DNA of 57,814 nt, taken from positions 1 to 57,814 of the IMG/VR virus record IMGVR_UViG_3300035703_000106; one strand, 5' to 3'. The notes under the pieces are model-generated. The model saw only the letters and a list, made by a program, of their open reading frames with translations. It was not told the DNA's origin and ran no database searches. Within the stretch, counting starts at the first letter, position 1; each line of letters opens with the position of its first letter. The translations under genes were made by a program, and so were the position numbers. This document shows, piece after piece, positions 9,432-18,154 of the stretch. Origin of the DNA: a virus. Taxonomy: Duplodnaviria; Caudoviricetes.

Positions 9432-9439
9432 TATTTATA
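9432..9439 (-). promoter_or_regulatory. T4-type late promoter TATAAATA
   Basis: Exact consensus about 30 bp upstream of the 9402 start; gp55 is in the window. Confidence 0.8.
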
Positions 9440-9492
9440 TAAAAAAATAGCCAGGCTTTCGCCCAGCTATTTTCTCGTACAAGGAGGAATTT

Positions 9493-9741
9493 TTAGTAGG
9501 AATAGATGTAAACGTCAGCAGTTTTGGAAAGAGTAAGAGGAAGCGACTGATTGTAGCGATACACGCCCATACGATGTCCACGACCTTGAAGCTTGACGTA
9601 CATCGGCTTAGGACCAAAGGCGCGTTCCTTGTTGGCTTCTTTTACCAACTTGCGGATGCCTTTCACAAGGCTCATATCTTCTTGGTCAGCAAGATTAACG
9701 GTGCCGATGTAGGAAGCGGTACGGTTTTCTTTGATGATCAT
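9493..9741 (-). CDS. Hypothetical protein
   Basis: 82 aa ORF coupled to the upstream small ORF. Confidence 0.65.
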   Translation of the reverse strand: MIIKENRTASYIGTVNLADQEDMSLVKGIRKLVKEANKERAFGPKPMYVKLQGRGHRMGVYRYNQSLPLTLSKTADVYIYSY

Positions 9742-9743
9742 GA

Positions 9744-9920
9744 TTAGAATTCCTTCTGGAGTTTTGCGATGTTTTCAGGAGTGCCAGATACGGTAATTTC
9801 TGGATTACCCCCACCAGGACCAAATGTGATCCAAGATTCAAGTTTTAGATCGAACTGATCGAGGGTGGAAAGAAAGTCCTGGATCGGGCAGTCCCATGCG
9901 ATATCGAAAGTGTGGGTCAT
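9744..9920 (-). CDS. Small hypothetical protein (58 aa, MTHTFDIAWD...GPGGGNPEI)
   Basis: Read manually; strong AGGAGA RBS and upstream promoter. Confidence 0.7.
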   Translation of the reverse strand: MTHTFDIAWDCPIQDFLSTLDQFDLKLESWITFGPGGGNPEITVSGTPENIAKLQKEF

Positions 9921-9943
9921 AGTGATTCTCCTTTTGTAGGATC

Positions 9944-9984
9944 ACTATACAAAAAAATAGGGGACTTGTAAATCCCCTATTTTC
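9944..9984 (-). promoter_or_regulatory. Early sigma70-type promoter overlapping a terminator hairpin
   Basis: TTTACA-17-TATAGT; AAAATAGGGGA/TCCCCTATTTT inverted repeat just downstream of pstS. Confidence 0.7.
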
Positions 9985-10001
9985 ATTTTTTTAGAAAAAA
10001 A

Positions 10002-10961
10002 TTACAGGCCTGATGCTTCTTCCTGGGTCTTTGCAAGTTCAGGATCTGGGACTAGTCCATACTGTGCTAGTGCACCATCTGGTCCTGCCATGTCGTCGCT
10101 TAAAAAGAATTCTACGTACTCTTTCAGTCCAGGAATAACACCGATATGTGCATTCTTAACGTAGAAGTAAAGTGGACGGCTGATAGGATAATCACCACTT
10201 GAGATTGTCTCTACGCTAGGTGATACACCACTTACAGTAGCAACTTCTAACTTATCAGTGTTGTTCTGATAGAAGCTAAGACCGAAGACACCAAGTGCTG
10301 TCTTGTTTGCATCGAGACGTGAAAGTGTTTCGGTATAGTCACCATCGATATCTACAGAAGCACCATCAGTACGAACCTTGACACATGCTTTCTTCTGGTC
10401 ATCGTCTAGCTTCTCAACACCAAGAGCTTCCTTACATCCAGCTTCCATAACCTTTACGTCGAACACTTCGCGTGTACCGTGCTTGGTTCCTGGGATGTAG
10501 GCAAGAATCTCAACTTCTGGTAGAGCAGGATCTATGTCACTCCAGAGTTTAGCAGTGCTGCTTTCGTGTAGTGCGGTATAGAGCTGGAGAACGGTTAGGT
10601 CCTTGATATTCAGTTGACCGATGTTTGATGCAAATACAATGCCATCATAACCGAAACGTACTTCGGTGATTTTACCGATAGCAGCTTCACACTTCGCCCA
10701 TTCTTCATCTTTCATCTTAGAAGAACTATTGGCGATGTCTACAGTATTTTCACCAACACCTTCACAAAGCTTTTTGCGGCCTGCACCAGAACCACCACCT
10801 TCTACAACAGGCGATGGGAAGTCAAAATTTTCACCAAATGCTTCTGCTACAATAGTTGCATATGGTAGTACCGTTGAAGAACCAGTTACTTGAATCTGGT
10901 CACGAGCATTTGCAGCAGTTGCTACAGTGAGAGCAAGAATCGTGGATAGTACTAATTTCAT
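10002..10961 (-). CDS. pstS: Phosphate ABC transporter substrate-binding protein
   Basis: Signal peptide; GSSTVLP, GGSGAG, DIANSS and YPISRPLYFY motifs. Confidence 0.93.
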   Translation of the reverse strand: MKLVLSTILALTVATAANARDQIQVTGSSTVLPYATIVAEAFGENFDFPSPVVEGGGSGAGRKKLCEGVGENTVDIANSSSKMKDEEWAKCEAAIGKITEVRFGYDGIVFASNIGQLNIKDLTVLQLYTALHESSTAKLWSDIDPALPEVEILAYIPGTKHGTREVFDVKVMEAGCKEALGVEKLDDDQKKACVKVRTDGASVDIDGDYTETLSRLDANKTALGVFGLSFYQNNTDKLEVATVSGVSPSVETISSGDYPISRPLYFYVKNAHIGVIPGLKEYVEFFLSDDMAGPDGALAQYGLVPDPELAKTQEEASGL

Positions 10962-11059
10962 GAATAACTCCGTTGCGATTGATTTTATTCGAGTACTTAT
11001 GGTACGCGAGGTGTTACTACCGCAACGGTGACGCTATGATTTTGGTACACCACGAATTA

Positions 11060-11290
11060 TTATACGCCAAGGATACGGCCAATGTCTTCTTTGAAACCCT
11101 TCTGAGGATTACGAACAAGATGTTCGTGTACTTGTTCGAAGTAGAATGCAGCATCCTCTGCACCGTGCTTATGCAATGCATGAGCTGCAGCTTCGAGGAA
11201 GTCCATGACTTCATAGAGAGATACACGACCATCGGTGGCAAGAGCACCACGATGAGTTTTACCGGCGCGCTGATTCAACCCAACCTCCAT
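11060..11290 (-). CDS. Hypothetical protein
   Basis: 76 aa ORF in an operon-like run. Confidence 0.55.
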   Translation of the reverse strand: MEVGLNQRAGKTHRGALATDGRVSLYEVMDFLEAAAHALHKHGAEDAAFYFEQVHEHLVRNPQKGFKEDIGRILGV

Positions 11291-11444
11291 CTTTCAGTTT
11301 TTCTTTGAAGTTAGCAAATTCTTGTTTCGTAAGAATTAGTAACGATCCAGGCACTTTGTCTTCTTTGTATTCTCGAACATAGTAACCATATGTGCCCATC
11401 GATATTTGATAGGTATGGTCGAACTTCTCGTGTTTGAATTTCAT
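11259..11444 (-). CDS. Hypothetical protein
   Basis: MKFKHEKF start overlaps the upstream stop (ATGA). Confidence 0.55.
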   Translation of the reverse strand: MKFKHEKFDHTYQISMGTYGYYVREYKEDKVPGSLLILTKQEFANFKEKLKDGGWVESARR

Positions 11445-11587
11445 TGACCCCATCCGTCGTTGTCTTTTTTTGGGTATTTCTTTTGTCGTTTATCTGATTC
11501 TGACTCTGCCCTTTTTCTAAGAGCAGAGTCGATGAAGTACCAGATGAACGGCAGGTATGCAACAACCATTGCAATCGCTAACGCCAT
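11441..11587 (-). CDS. Small membrane protein (48 aa)
   Basis: Read manually: MALAIAMVVAYLPFIWYFID... N-terminal hydrophobic helix and basic tail. Confidence 0.5.
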   Translation of the reverse strand: MALAIAMVVAYLPFIWYFIDSALRKRAESESDKRQKKYPKKDNDGWGQ

Positions 11588-11624
11588 TATAGTAACCTAT
11601 TTCGTATTATTCGTAAACCCCAGA

Positions 11625-12578
11625 TTAGGCAGCGAGTGCAAACTCGACTGCCTTTTCTGCTGCTTTGATCTTGCGCAGCTGGTTCTGACCGAACCACTGG
11701 CTGTGCAAGCGGTTATCTGCGTTGCGACCCTGAAGGTGATCGGTGACGAAGGTAACCGAGTTAAACGCCTGCCACCAAGTACCTTCTGCGAATTCTGCAC
11801 CAGGCTGGGTTTCCAGAACGTCGAGAGACTGAAGAGCCATACGAGAGATGGTGTCTTTCGTAACCTCTTTCTGCTTATCCTGACCAGAGGTAAGCGGGAA
11901 GACTTCGTTGTAGTACTGGAGCAGAGACTCAACCGAGAAACGCTTGGAACCAAGGAACTGAGCCATCTCTTTGTACTTGGCGAATTTCTCGTGTGCAATA
12001 CCAAGAGTGGTTTTTACCGAGTCAGCGTCGAAAGCGGTACGGTGACCGACTTTCACTGCACGATCAGCTTGGCTATTCAAAGCGAAGGTAAGCGTGTTGT
12101 TGCAGACGACACGGATAGGGGTGAAGCGAACGTCAATGGACTTACCGTAGACGTGGGGGTTGCTGAAGAGGAAGTAGGAATCAACCTGGTCACCACCGAA
12201 CAGATCGAACGATTCTTTTACCTTAGCAAGTGCCCAGACATACTGACCGCCTTTAAGCGAACCAGCGGTGTGCATCTCCATATCACCAGCAAGAACGTAT
12301 TCGTTGAAGAACTCGAAGGCTTGCTCGTTCTGGAGCGGGTGCCAGTTTTCACCCACGTTGGTCAGGATCTTGCCATCGGTCTCGCGCACGAGCGATTTCT
12401 GACCAGTCTTAACTTTCTTACCATTGAACTCGATGAAGGATTCGACCTCGTGAACCTTCCAGTCGACGCCAGCTTTCTGCATCATCTGAACAGGGGTGAG
12501 GTCGTTGCTAACCTCGGTACCAAGACCATGCCAGGGAAGTTCACCAGCGTAAGCCATCGTTTCAACCATATGTGCCAT
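11625..12578 (-). CDS. DUF932 / LGT_TIGR03299-like protein
   Basis: MAHMVETMAYAGELPWHGLG, TAGSLKGG, TPIRVVCNNTL and GTWWQAFNSV motifs; GGAGA RBS. Confidence 0.88.
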   Translation of the reverse strand: MAHMVETMAYAGELPWHGLGTEVSNDLTPVQMMQKAGVDWKVHEVESFIEFNGKKVKTGQKSLVRETDGKILTNVGENWHPLQNEQAFEFFNEYVLAGDMEMHTAGSLKGGQYVWALAKVKESFDLFGGDQVDSYFLFSNPHVYGKSIDVRFTPIRVVCNNTLTFALNSQADRAVKVGHRTAFDADSVKTTLGIAHEKFAKYKEMAQFLGSKRFSVESLLQYYNEVFPLTSGQDKQKEVTKDTISRMALQSLDVLETQPGAEFAEGTWWQAFNSVTFVTDHLQGRNADNRLHSQWFGQNQLRKIKAAEKAVEFALAA

Positions 12579-12603
12579 GATATATTCTCCTATTGGGGTT
12601 TGA

Positions 12604-12741
12604 TTAGAGACGACCGAAAGACTTGATAGCATCGCCATCGACGAGCTCTTTTTGAGCTTGGACGAGGGCGATTGTTTTTTCTTTTGCCGAGGTGATGATG
12701 ATGTAGCCTTTAGCGGTAGTAGCGATCCAGTCTTTCGTCAT
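12604..12741 (-). CDS. Small early protein (45 aa, MTKDWIATTAKG...)
   Basis: Read manually; directly follows the promoter and AAGGAG RBS. Confidence 0.65.
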   Translation of the reverse strand: MTKDWIATTAKGYIIITSAKEKTIALVQAQKELVDGDAIKSFGRL

Positions 12742-12743
12742 CG

Positions 12744-12802
12744 GGTATCTCCTTGTTGATAGTAGTAATATAAGGCTTTTGATTTGAAATGTAAACCCCC
12801 TT
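12744..12802 (-). promoter_or_regulatory. Repeated early promoter/RBS cassette, copy 1
   Basis: GGGGGTTTACA-17-TATATT...AAGGAGATACC; 58/59 identical to 53268-53326. Confidence 0.85.
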
Positions 12803-13655
12803 ATTCAGTTTTTTTGAAAAAAATATTCTGCTCTTTTTCTCTATCGTCCAGGTCATACACTGATCTGTACTTGTTGTTAGTTCGAATGACTTCTCCCAAG
12901 ACACTTAGAGTTTCATTACCCCATTCATCATAGCCGAAGTTCCAGATTGCATTCGTGTCCTTAGGAAAACAGCTTCCCCCAAATCCCTTCTTACCGTCGA
13001 ACCCAGGAACCTTCGTATGGGAATGACCAATACGTTCATCATTCCCAATAGCAGTAGCGATAACATTATATCGTGCTCCTACGGACTCAACAAGATCTTT
13101 CCATTGGTTGAACCATACCACCTTTGTAGCAAGGAATGAGTTAATCCCGTATTTCACAAAACTGGCTTCGGCAGGCGTCATGTAATGAACTGGGGCTGGA
13201 TTACAATTCGAATTAAATTTATAAAGCTTATACACCTTCTTGGTGTAGCTCGGATCCCCACCAAGAATATGGAATTTGGGATTCAGGAATTCATCAAAGG
13301 CATTCCGCTCAGTAAGGAATTCAGGGTTATACACAAACCTCTTATGATCACATAGCTCTTGGATAAGATCTGGGGTGACAGTAGATTTAATAATAACTAT
13401 ACCAGAGTCAATCTTTCTTAGTTGAGCAACTACTTCCCAGATAGATCGAGCATCTATATTACCACTTTCTTCCATCGGAGTAGATACACAGACGAATGTA
13501 TAATCCGGCTGAAATCTTTCTAGGTCATCTATATTTGAATATCCCTTATATGGGTCTACGATTAGGATATCATTCGAGTTATTTCGAAATCCGAATTCGA
13601 CGGCCTTACCTACGAATCCATAACCAATAATAGCAATCTTTGCGGGTTTATCCAT
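12801..13655 (-). CDS. ugd: UDP-glucose/GDP-mannose dehydrogenase family protein
   Basis: GYGFVG, IKSTV, YNPEFL and GFGGSCFPKD motifs. Confidence 0.88.
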   Translation of the reverse strand: MDKPAKIAIIGYGFVGKAVEFGFRNNSNDILIVDPYKGYSNIDDLERFQPDYTFVCVSTPMEESGNIDARSIWEVVAQLRKIDSGIVIIKSTVTPDLIQELCDHKRFVYNPEFLTERNAFDEFLNPKFHILGGDPSYTKKVYKLYKFNSNCNPAPVHYMTPAEASFVKYGINSFLATKVVWFNQWKDLVESVGARYNVIATAIGNDERIGHSHTKVPGFDGKKGFGGSCFPKDTNAIWNFGYDEWGNETLSVLGEVIRTNNKYRSVYDLDDREKEQNIFFKKTE

Positions 13656-14007
13656 TTAAGAATTCCTTACACTCATCTAGTTTTTGTCGAATAAATTTAT
13701 GATCATTCACCTGTCGGTTGAGAGGTGAGGGGTGCGGCAAAGTAAAATGGGAAATATTAATATCTGTTAGATATTTCGAGACTGTTGGTCCCCATGCAAC
13801 TACTTTATCATGGCCGGAAATAGAACTACACAAGAAGTCATAATCTATGTTCTTCTTATCCCAGTGTGGATCTGATGATAGATTTGTAAATGCTACTTTA
13901 TCTACCCCGAGATAGTCTAGCCACTCTTGGAATCTAGATACAGCGCCACCTTTTCTAGGTACCGACAGCTTAGTGGGGTTTAGCCCGATTACAATCACAT
14001 TTTTCAT
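13648..14007 (-). CDS. Uracil-DNA glycosylase superfamily-like small protein
   Basis: IGLNP N-terminal motif and LPHPSPLNR C-terminal motif. Confidence 0.65.
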   Translation of the reverse strand: MKNVIVIGLNPTKLSVPRKGGAVSRFQEWLDYLGVDKVAFTNLSSDPHWDKKNIDYDFLCSSISGHDKVVAWGPTVSKYLTDINISHFTLPHPSPLNRQVNDHKFIRQKLDECKEFLNG

Positions 14008-14026
14008 AATAACATCTTAACAAAAT

Positions 14027-14698
14027 TTAAAGAAGTAGTAAATCTTTATTCTTCAAATCGTTGAAGTGAAATCCTAGAATAGCACTACGTCGGATAGTTT
14101 CTCCATTTACCACTCTATGATTCCATCCAGTGTTAATGAACCAAATCTCTCCTGGATTCATCTTCAACTGATGCACACCTTCTTTATCCCTGAACTCAAG
14201 AACCGAATCATTTTGATTTAAACAGATTTGTGCTCTACATATAACACTTGTATCTGCATCGATATGCCAGTTGAGCTCGTGATCCCCCTTCATCTCGCTC
14301 ATTCGGAAACGATATACGTTATGAAACAGTTGATCTAGGATGGGTTTGGTGTATCTTAGATTATATGACAAATCCCATTTAGTATAGAGATATTCATTTA
14401 TATCATCAGAAGAATCTTCGATTCTTTTCTGTAGAAGGATCTGGCGATATTTATTCGCCACATGAAATACTTCTTCATAGTTGCAGTTTTGACTAATACC
14501 ATAATTATCGCCACCGATATCATTACCGCTATAGGTGTCAAGAATGTAGTTTAACTCATCAACAACATTAGAAGATACCATTCCTATCTTTTCAAAGGTC
14601 TTCAACTTATCTCTTTTAGGACCAGTACCTCCCACTCTAGTTCGTTTGCTTTTCACTATCAAACATTTCTCAGCCATATCTACGTTTCCATTCTTCAA
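14027..14698 (-). CDS. 2OG-Fe(II) / Asp-Asn beta-hydroxylase-like protein
   Basis: WHID and distal NTGWNHRVVN...R motifs. Confidence 0.7.
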   Translation of the reverse strand: MKNGNVDMAEKCLIVKSKRTRVGGTGPKRDKLKTFEKIGMVSSNVVDELNYILDTYSGNDIGGDNYGISQNCNYEEVFHVANKYRQILLQKRIEDSSDDINEYLYTKWDLSYNLRYTKPILDQLFHNVYRFRMSEMKGDHELNWHIDADTSVICRAQICLNQNDSVLEFRDKEGVHQLKMNPGEIWFINTGWNHRVVNGETIRRSAILGFHFNDLKNKDLLLL

Positions 14699-15269
14699 CA
14701 GTAATTTCTGGTAACTGTGGTTTTTTACCGTTATATATTATATTTTGCCAGCAATCTTTTCCAAAATCGCTTTTACAAGTAAGCATCATATCATCAGCCA
14801 TATGCCATGGGGTTTGGGTTCTATATTCTAATTTAACCCCAAAATATTTTATTGCTTGTCTTCGCGAAAGAGATTGCATAGAGATAAAAGCTGTTTCATA
14901 ACCTTTAATATATTCTAACTGATAGGGTAGAATTCTCATTGTCGGACTAAGAAATGTATCAGTCTTTGGATTTGTGAATCTTCTGTAATCTCTGTAAATA
15001 TAGGTTCTAGTCAAAACCCTATAACAATTATTATAGTATTTTTGAACTGTGGAAAATGCCATCGGTTTATCACCATCAAAGAGAAAAAACCATTCTGGAT
15101 AATTTAAAAATGTGTCCGGAAGAATACTAAACCATTCAATGTTTCTTTTATCATATAGATTATTTTCTCTACCTATTCTTTTTAGTTCATTCTTGAAATT
15201 ATCTATACCATATTCTCTTAGAGTTATGACTTTTTGATCAATCGTATAAACCATGCTGCAGGGTCCCAT
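14670..15269 (-). CDS. Hypothetical protein, possibly GNAT-like
   Basis: About 195 aa; YRVLTRTYIYRDYRR segment; start uncertain. Confidence 0.45.
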   Translation of the reverse strand: MGPCSMVYTIDQKVITLREYGIDNFKNELKRIGRENNLYDKRNIEWFSILPDTFLNYPEWFFLFDGDKPMAFSTVQKYYNNCYRVLTRTYIYRDYRRFTNPKTDTFLSPTMRILPYQLEYIKGYETAFISMQSLSRRQAIKYFGVKLEYRTQTPWHMADDMMLTCKSDFGKDCWQNIIYNGKKPQLPEITVEEWKRRYG

Positions 15270-15865
15270 TCATACCATTTCTTACCAATCTGCCAATCTC
15301 TAGGCCGATCATGATGATTTGCATGCCAACCTTCACCGCCAGTAAAGATGTTGACGAATGCAGAGTTTCTTACCTTTTCACCAGAGTGACAGATCGTATT
15401 TAGTAGTCCAAACCCCAGATATCCCCAGAAAATAGGAAGACCGATAAAAATTAGCCACCAAGAACCGGGAAGTATTATTACCCCTCCGACAATGGTAACC
15501 ATTCTAATTATATGGTGATGTTTATAGAACCACATAACCCTTGGATTCTTCAATAGATCTACTACATGTCTATGCTTAATAGCAGGAACTTTAAATGTAG
15601 AGGTAAGAATCTTCCAAACTGGTTGGTGCTTCGGAGAGTGAGGGTCCTTTGGTGTATCAGAATAATTGTGATGTAACCGATGTACACCAACCCATCCCAA
15701 AACAGGACCTGCACCAGACAGTGGGCCTAAGATTAGAACGAGATATTCATACCAAACGCCTGCTTCAAAAGCTCTATGAGAAAAATATCTATGATATCCA
15801 GCAGATATTACTATAGAAGATAGAATCAACCACCAGATAAAACTATAGATCAGAATTTCAATCAT
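15224..15865 (-). CDS. Delta-9-type fatty acid desaturase
   Basis: Three His boxes HRYFSH, HRLHH and HANHH; DPHSP motif; transmembrane segments. Confidence 0.9.
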   Translation of the reverse strand: MIEILIYSFIWWLILSSIVISAGYHRYFSHRAFEAGVWYEYLVLILGPLSGAGPVLGWVGVHRLHHNYSDTPKDPHSPKHQPVWKILTSTFKVPAIKHRHVVDLLKNPRVMWFYKHHHIIRMVTIVGGVIILPGSWWLIFIGLPIFWGYLGFGLLNTICHSGEKVRNSAFVNIFTGGEGWHANHHDRPRDWQIGKKWYEWDPAAWFIRLIKKS

Positions 15866-15927
15866 ACTAAATTATCTCTTTAATTAATGTCGCTGCATAA
15901 TATCTATCCCCGCCTAAGATACTCTTA

Positions 15928-15966
15928 TATTATACCTAGGCAGGGAAGATTTGTAAATCCCCTATT
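15928..15966 (-). promoter_or_regulatory. Early promoter
   Basis: GGGGATTTACA-17-TATAAT upstream of the desaturase. Confidence 0.75.
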
Positions 15967-16408
15967 TTGCAAGAGGATTATCTAGTGCTTCTTGCAGAGC
16001 TTGTTTCATATCTTTCTCAAGGGTTCTCATAGTATCACGAACATCCTTTTCGGTTTCCCGATTCAGATTTTCCATGATGCGAAGACGATCATCGATATCA
16101 CGCTGAGTCTCTTTTACCCTACGTGATGCATCTTCTGACACACCTTCTACTCTTAGAATATCCTTACGAAGATCATCTTTGATATCTCTGGTATAGTCAA
16201 TTGCGTCTTCTAGTTTCTGCAGCTGCAGTTCATTTGCCGCTTGTATTGCAGTAATATCGATATTCTGGATAATCTCCTTCATATCCATATAGTCTTTGTA
16301 AAACTCAAAGCCACCCCAGAGAGCACCGCCAGCGGTAGATAGTGCGGTAAGGATGATCATCATCTTACCGCCTCGAAATGTCATGCCAGCGAATTCAAAC
16401 TCTGCCAT
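15962..16408 (-). CDS. Membrane-anchored coiled-coil protein
   Basis: N-terminal hydrophobic helix followed by a charged heptad region. Confidence 0.7.
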   Translation of the reverse strand: MAEFEFAGMTFRGGKMMIILTALSTAGGALWGGFEFYKDYMDMKEIIQNIDITAIQAANELQLQKLEDAIDYTRDIKDDLRKDILRVEGVSEDASRRVKETQRDIDDRLRIMENLNRETEKDVRDTMRTLEKDMKQALQEALDNPLAK

Positions 16409-16416
16409 TTATTCAC

Positions 16417-16815
16417 TCACTCTTCTGAATCGCTTTTACCTTTAAGGTAAGCCTGTGCACCGAAGAAGGCAGCAACTAAACCAGCGATAGCTACGAAATA
16501 GGTCGGAGCAATATCACCAATAATCTGTGCAGCACCTTCAATTGAAAAGAAACTTGTTACCAGGATAAGGACTGGGTAAAGAAGCATACCCCAAAGAGCA
16601 AACCATGCCATTTGGCGGATCTGATCTTCTTTCTTATCTTCATTCTCCAGCATTCTTTTCTTATGTTCGAAATCCGAAACTTCTCTTGCTCTTGCCATTT
16701 CATCATCAGTGATGATACCATCACCATCTGTATCGAGGAAGTTATACGAAGAATCTTTTTCTAAAGTCTTTGCTTCTACTTTTGGTGTTCTTGTTCTAGG
16801 CGTTCTTGCAGCCAT
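16417..16815 (-). CDS. EF-hand-like plus two-TM membrane protein
   Basis: DTDGDGIITDDE loop; two C-terminal hydrophobic helices. Confidence 0.7.
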   Translation of the reverse strand: MAARTPRTRTPKVEAKTLEKDSSYNFLDTDGDGIITDDEMARAREVSDFEHKKRMLENEDKKEDQIRQMAWFALWGMLLYPVLILVTSFFSIEGAAQIIGDIAPTYFVAIAGLVAAFFGAQAYLKGKSDSEE

Positions 16816-16866
16816 TATCTTCTCCTATAGTTGTATTATACCATAAAGCAGATCAAAGCAGCATAA

Positions 16867-17250
16867 TTAGTTTTCAAATTGCAGTTCACGAAGTTGCTGA
16901 AGCTCTTGTTCTAGCTTCTGGACTTCAAGTTGTTTCTTTCTTAGTTCCAGTTCATAAAGCTTATTACAATCAATTCTGGACTTTACTCTTTTGCCAAGGG
17001 GTATAACAATTCTACTATACACCCCCACGTCACCGATTTGATTACCCATATCCTTATCGATAATACCGGTGACACCAAACTCTAACTGAGTGGCAGATCC
17101 AATCGCATTTGAGCAATCTAAATCCCCCGCTCGAAATTGGTCAGACTGATAATTCATAGAGGACCCAGGAATAGCTAAGTTCAGGGAAGAACTTGTATCA
17201 GCTAAAGCAGGTAATCCCATCAACATGAATAAAATAGCATAATATTTCAT
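16867..17250 (-). CDS. Exported protein with C-terminal coiled coil
   Basis: Signal peptide ending ALA/D; two Cys; beta-strand core. Confidence 0.7.
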   Translation of the reverse strand: MKYYAILFMLMGLPALADTSSSLNLAIPGSSMNYQSDQFRAGDLDCSNAIGSATQLEFGVTGIIDKDMGNQIGDVGVYSRIVIPLGKRVKSRIDCNKLYELELRKKQLEVQKLEQELQQLRELQFEN

Positions 17251-17256
17251 TTCGCC

Positions 17257-17637
17257 TCACTTTTTTATTTTTGAGCAAATCTTCGATGATATACCCGAAG
17301 CCCCTATATTTTCTTTTACTAGTTTCGATAATGTGCAAATATAAACTACACTATCCTTATCTTTATCCCTAATATATACATCAAACGTTTTTGTTTCAAG
17401 ATAACCTACTCTTAAAACTCTTTCGGGTGTCGCAAACTTAATTGGTTCCCATTCCCCAGAAAAAACACCAATCTCATAATGTTCTGCATCATTTCTTCTA
17501 TTATATAACGAAAGAGTGGTTACCATTATACCATCTACATATGACGGATCTAATTTCGGATACGTCGGGATCATCTCGTGTGCGCTACCGATAGATGGCA
17601 GCGCACACATTAGAGTTACACATAACAACCTTTTCAT
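17257..17637 (-). CDS. Exported protein, possibly fimbrial-chaperone-like Ig fold
   Basis: Signal peptide; MIPTY...LSLYN...YEI pattern resembles the PapD N-domain (inference). Confidence 0.5.
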   Translation of the reverse strand: MKRLLCVTLMCALPSIGSAHEMIPTYPKLDPSYVDGIMVTTLSLYNRRNDAEHYEIGVFSGEWEPIKFATPERVLRVGYLETKTFDVYIRDKDKDSVVYICTLSKLVKENIGASGISSKICSKIKK

Positions 17638-17638
17638 C

Positions 17639-18139
17639 TTATTTAGCGATGCATTCGGCGGTTACGAGAGCGGTATAGTTACCACCAGGTAGCGGCTTAT
17701 TATAACCATATGCAGCTTCCGAAGTAACTTTGAACCAAACAGTTCCAGCTTCTGTTAAATCGAATTCTACCACGTTATCGTATTCTACTTTATTTGTTTC
17801 ATACGCTGACATGGCAGGAGCAGTTACTTCTGCTACTTCTACATCGCCTGACCAGTTTACAATATCAGGTAGGTTTGGGCTTGATGAGAAACTATTTGGC
17901 CAAGTAACTTTTGCCAGATATGAATCTGCAAGTGCAACATCATAACGGATCTTAGGCATGACACCACCGTCTGCTGGTACAGTACTGAGTACGTCTGGGG
18001 TTGGCTGACCATATACACCACGTACATCGGTGTATATAGAGCATTTTGATTCGACTCTACCGTTGATCGGTGCTTCTATAGCAACAGCAGAGGTTGCAAT
18101 AGCCGAAAAACCGAGAGCCACTAAAGTCTTCTTGAACAT
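17639..18139 (-). CDS. Exported protein, pilin/fimbrial-subunit-like
   Basis: Signal peptide; INGRVESKCSI N-terminal strand; C-terminal GGNYTALVTAEC strand. Confidence 0.55.
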   Translation of the reverse strand: MFKKTLVALGFSAIATSAVAIEAPINGRVESKCSIYTDVRGVYGQPTPDVLSTVPADGGVMPKIRYDVALADSYLAKVTWPNSFSSSPNLPDIVNWSGDVEVAEVTAPAMSAYETNKVEYDNVVEFDLTEAGTVWFKVTSEAAYGYNKPLPGGNYTALVTAECIAK

Positions 18140-18154
18140 TTTAGTCCCCTTGTT

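Noticed and set aside
10962-11059. Possible Pho box upstream of pstS
   Set aside because: GTCAC/GTAAC half-sites are not at the 11-bp spacing.
11460-12626. 388-aa plus-strand ORF
   Set aside because: Antisense shadow of the well-supported DUF932 gene; no recognisable motifs or RBS.
12710-12904. 64-aa ORF sharing KGVYISNQKPYITTINKEIP with 53223..53549
   Set aside because: The shared peptide is only the translation of the repeated promoter; the real starts lie after the RBS.
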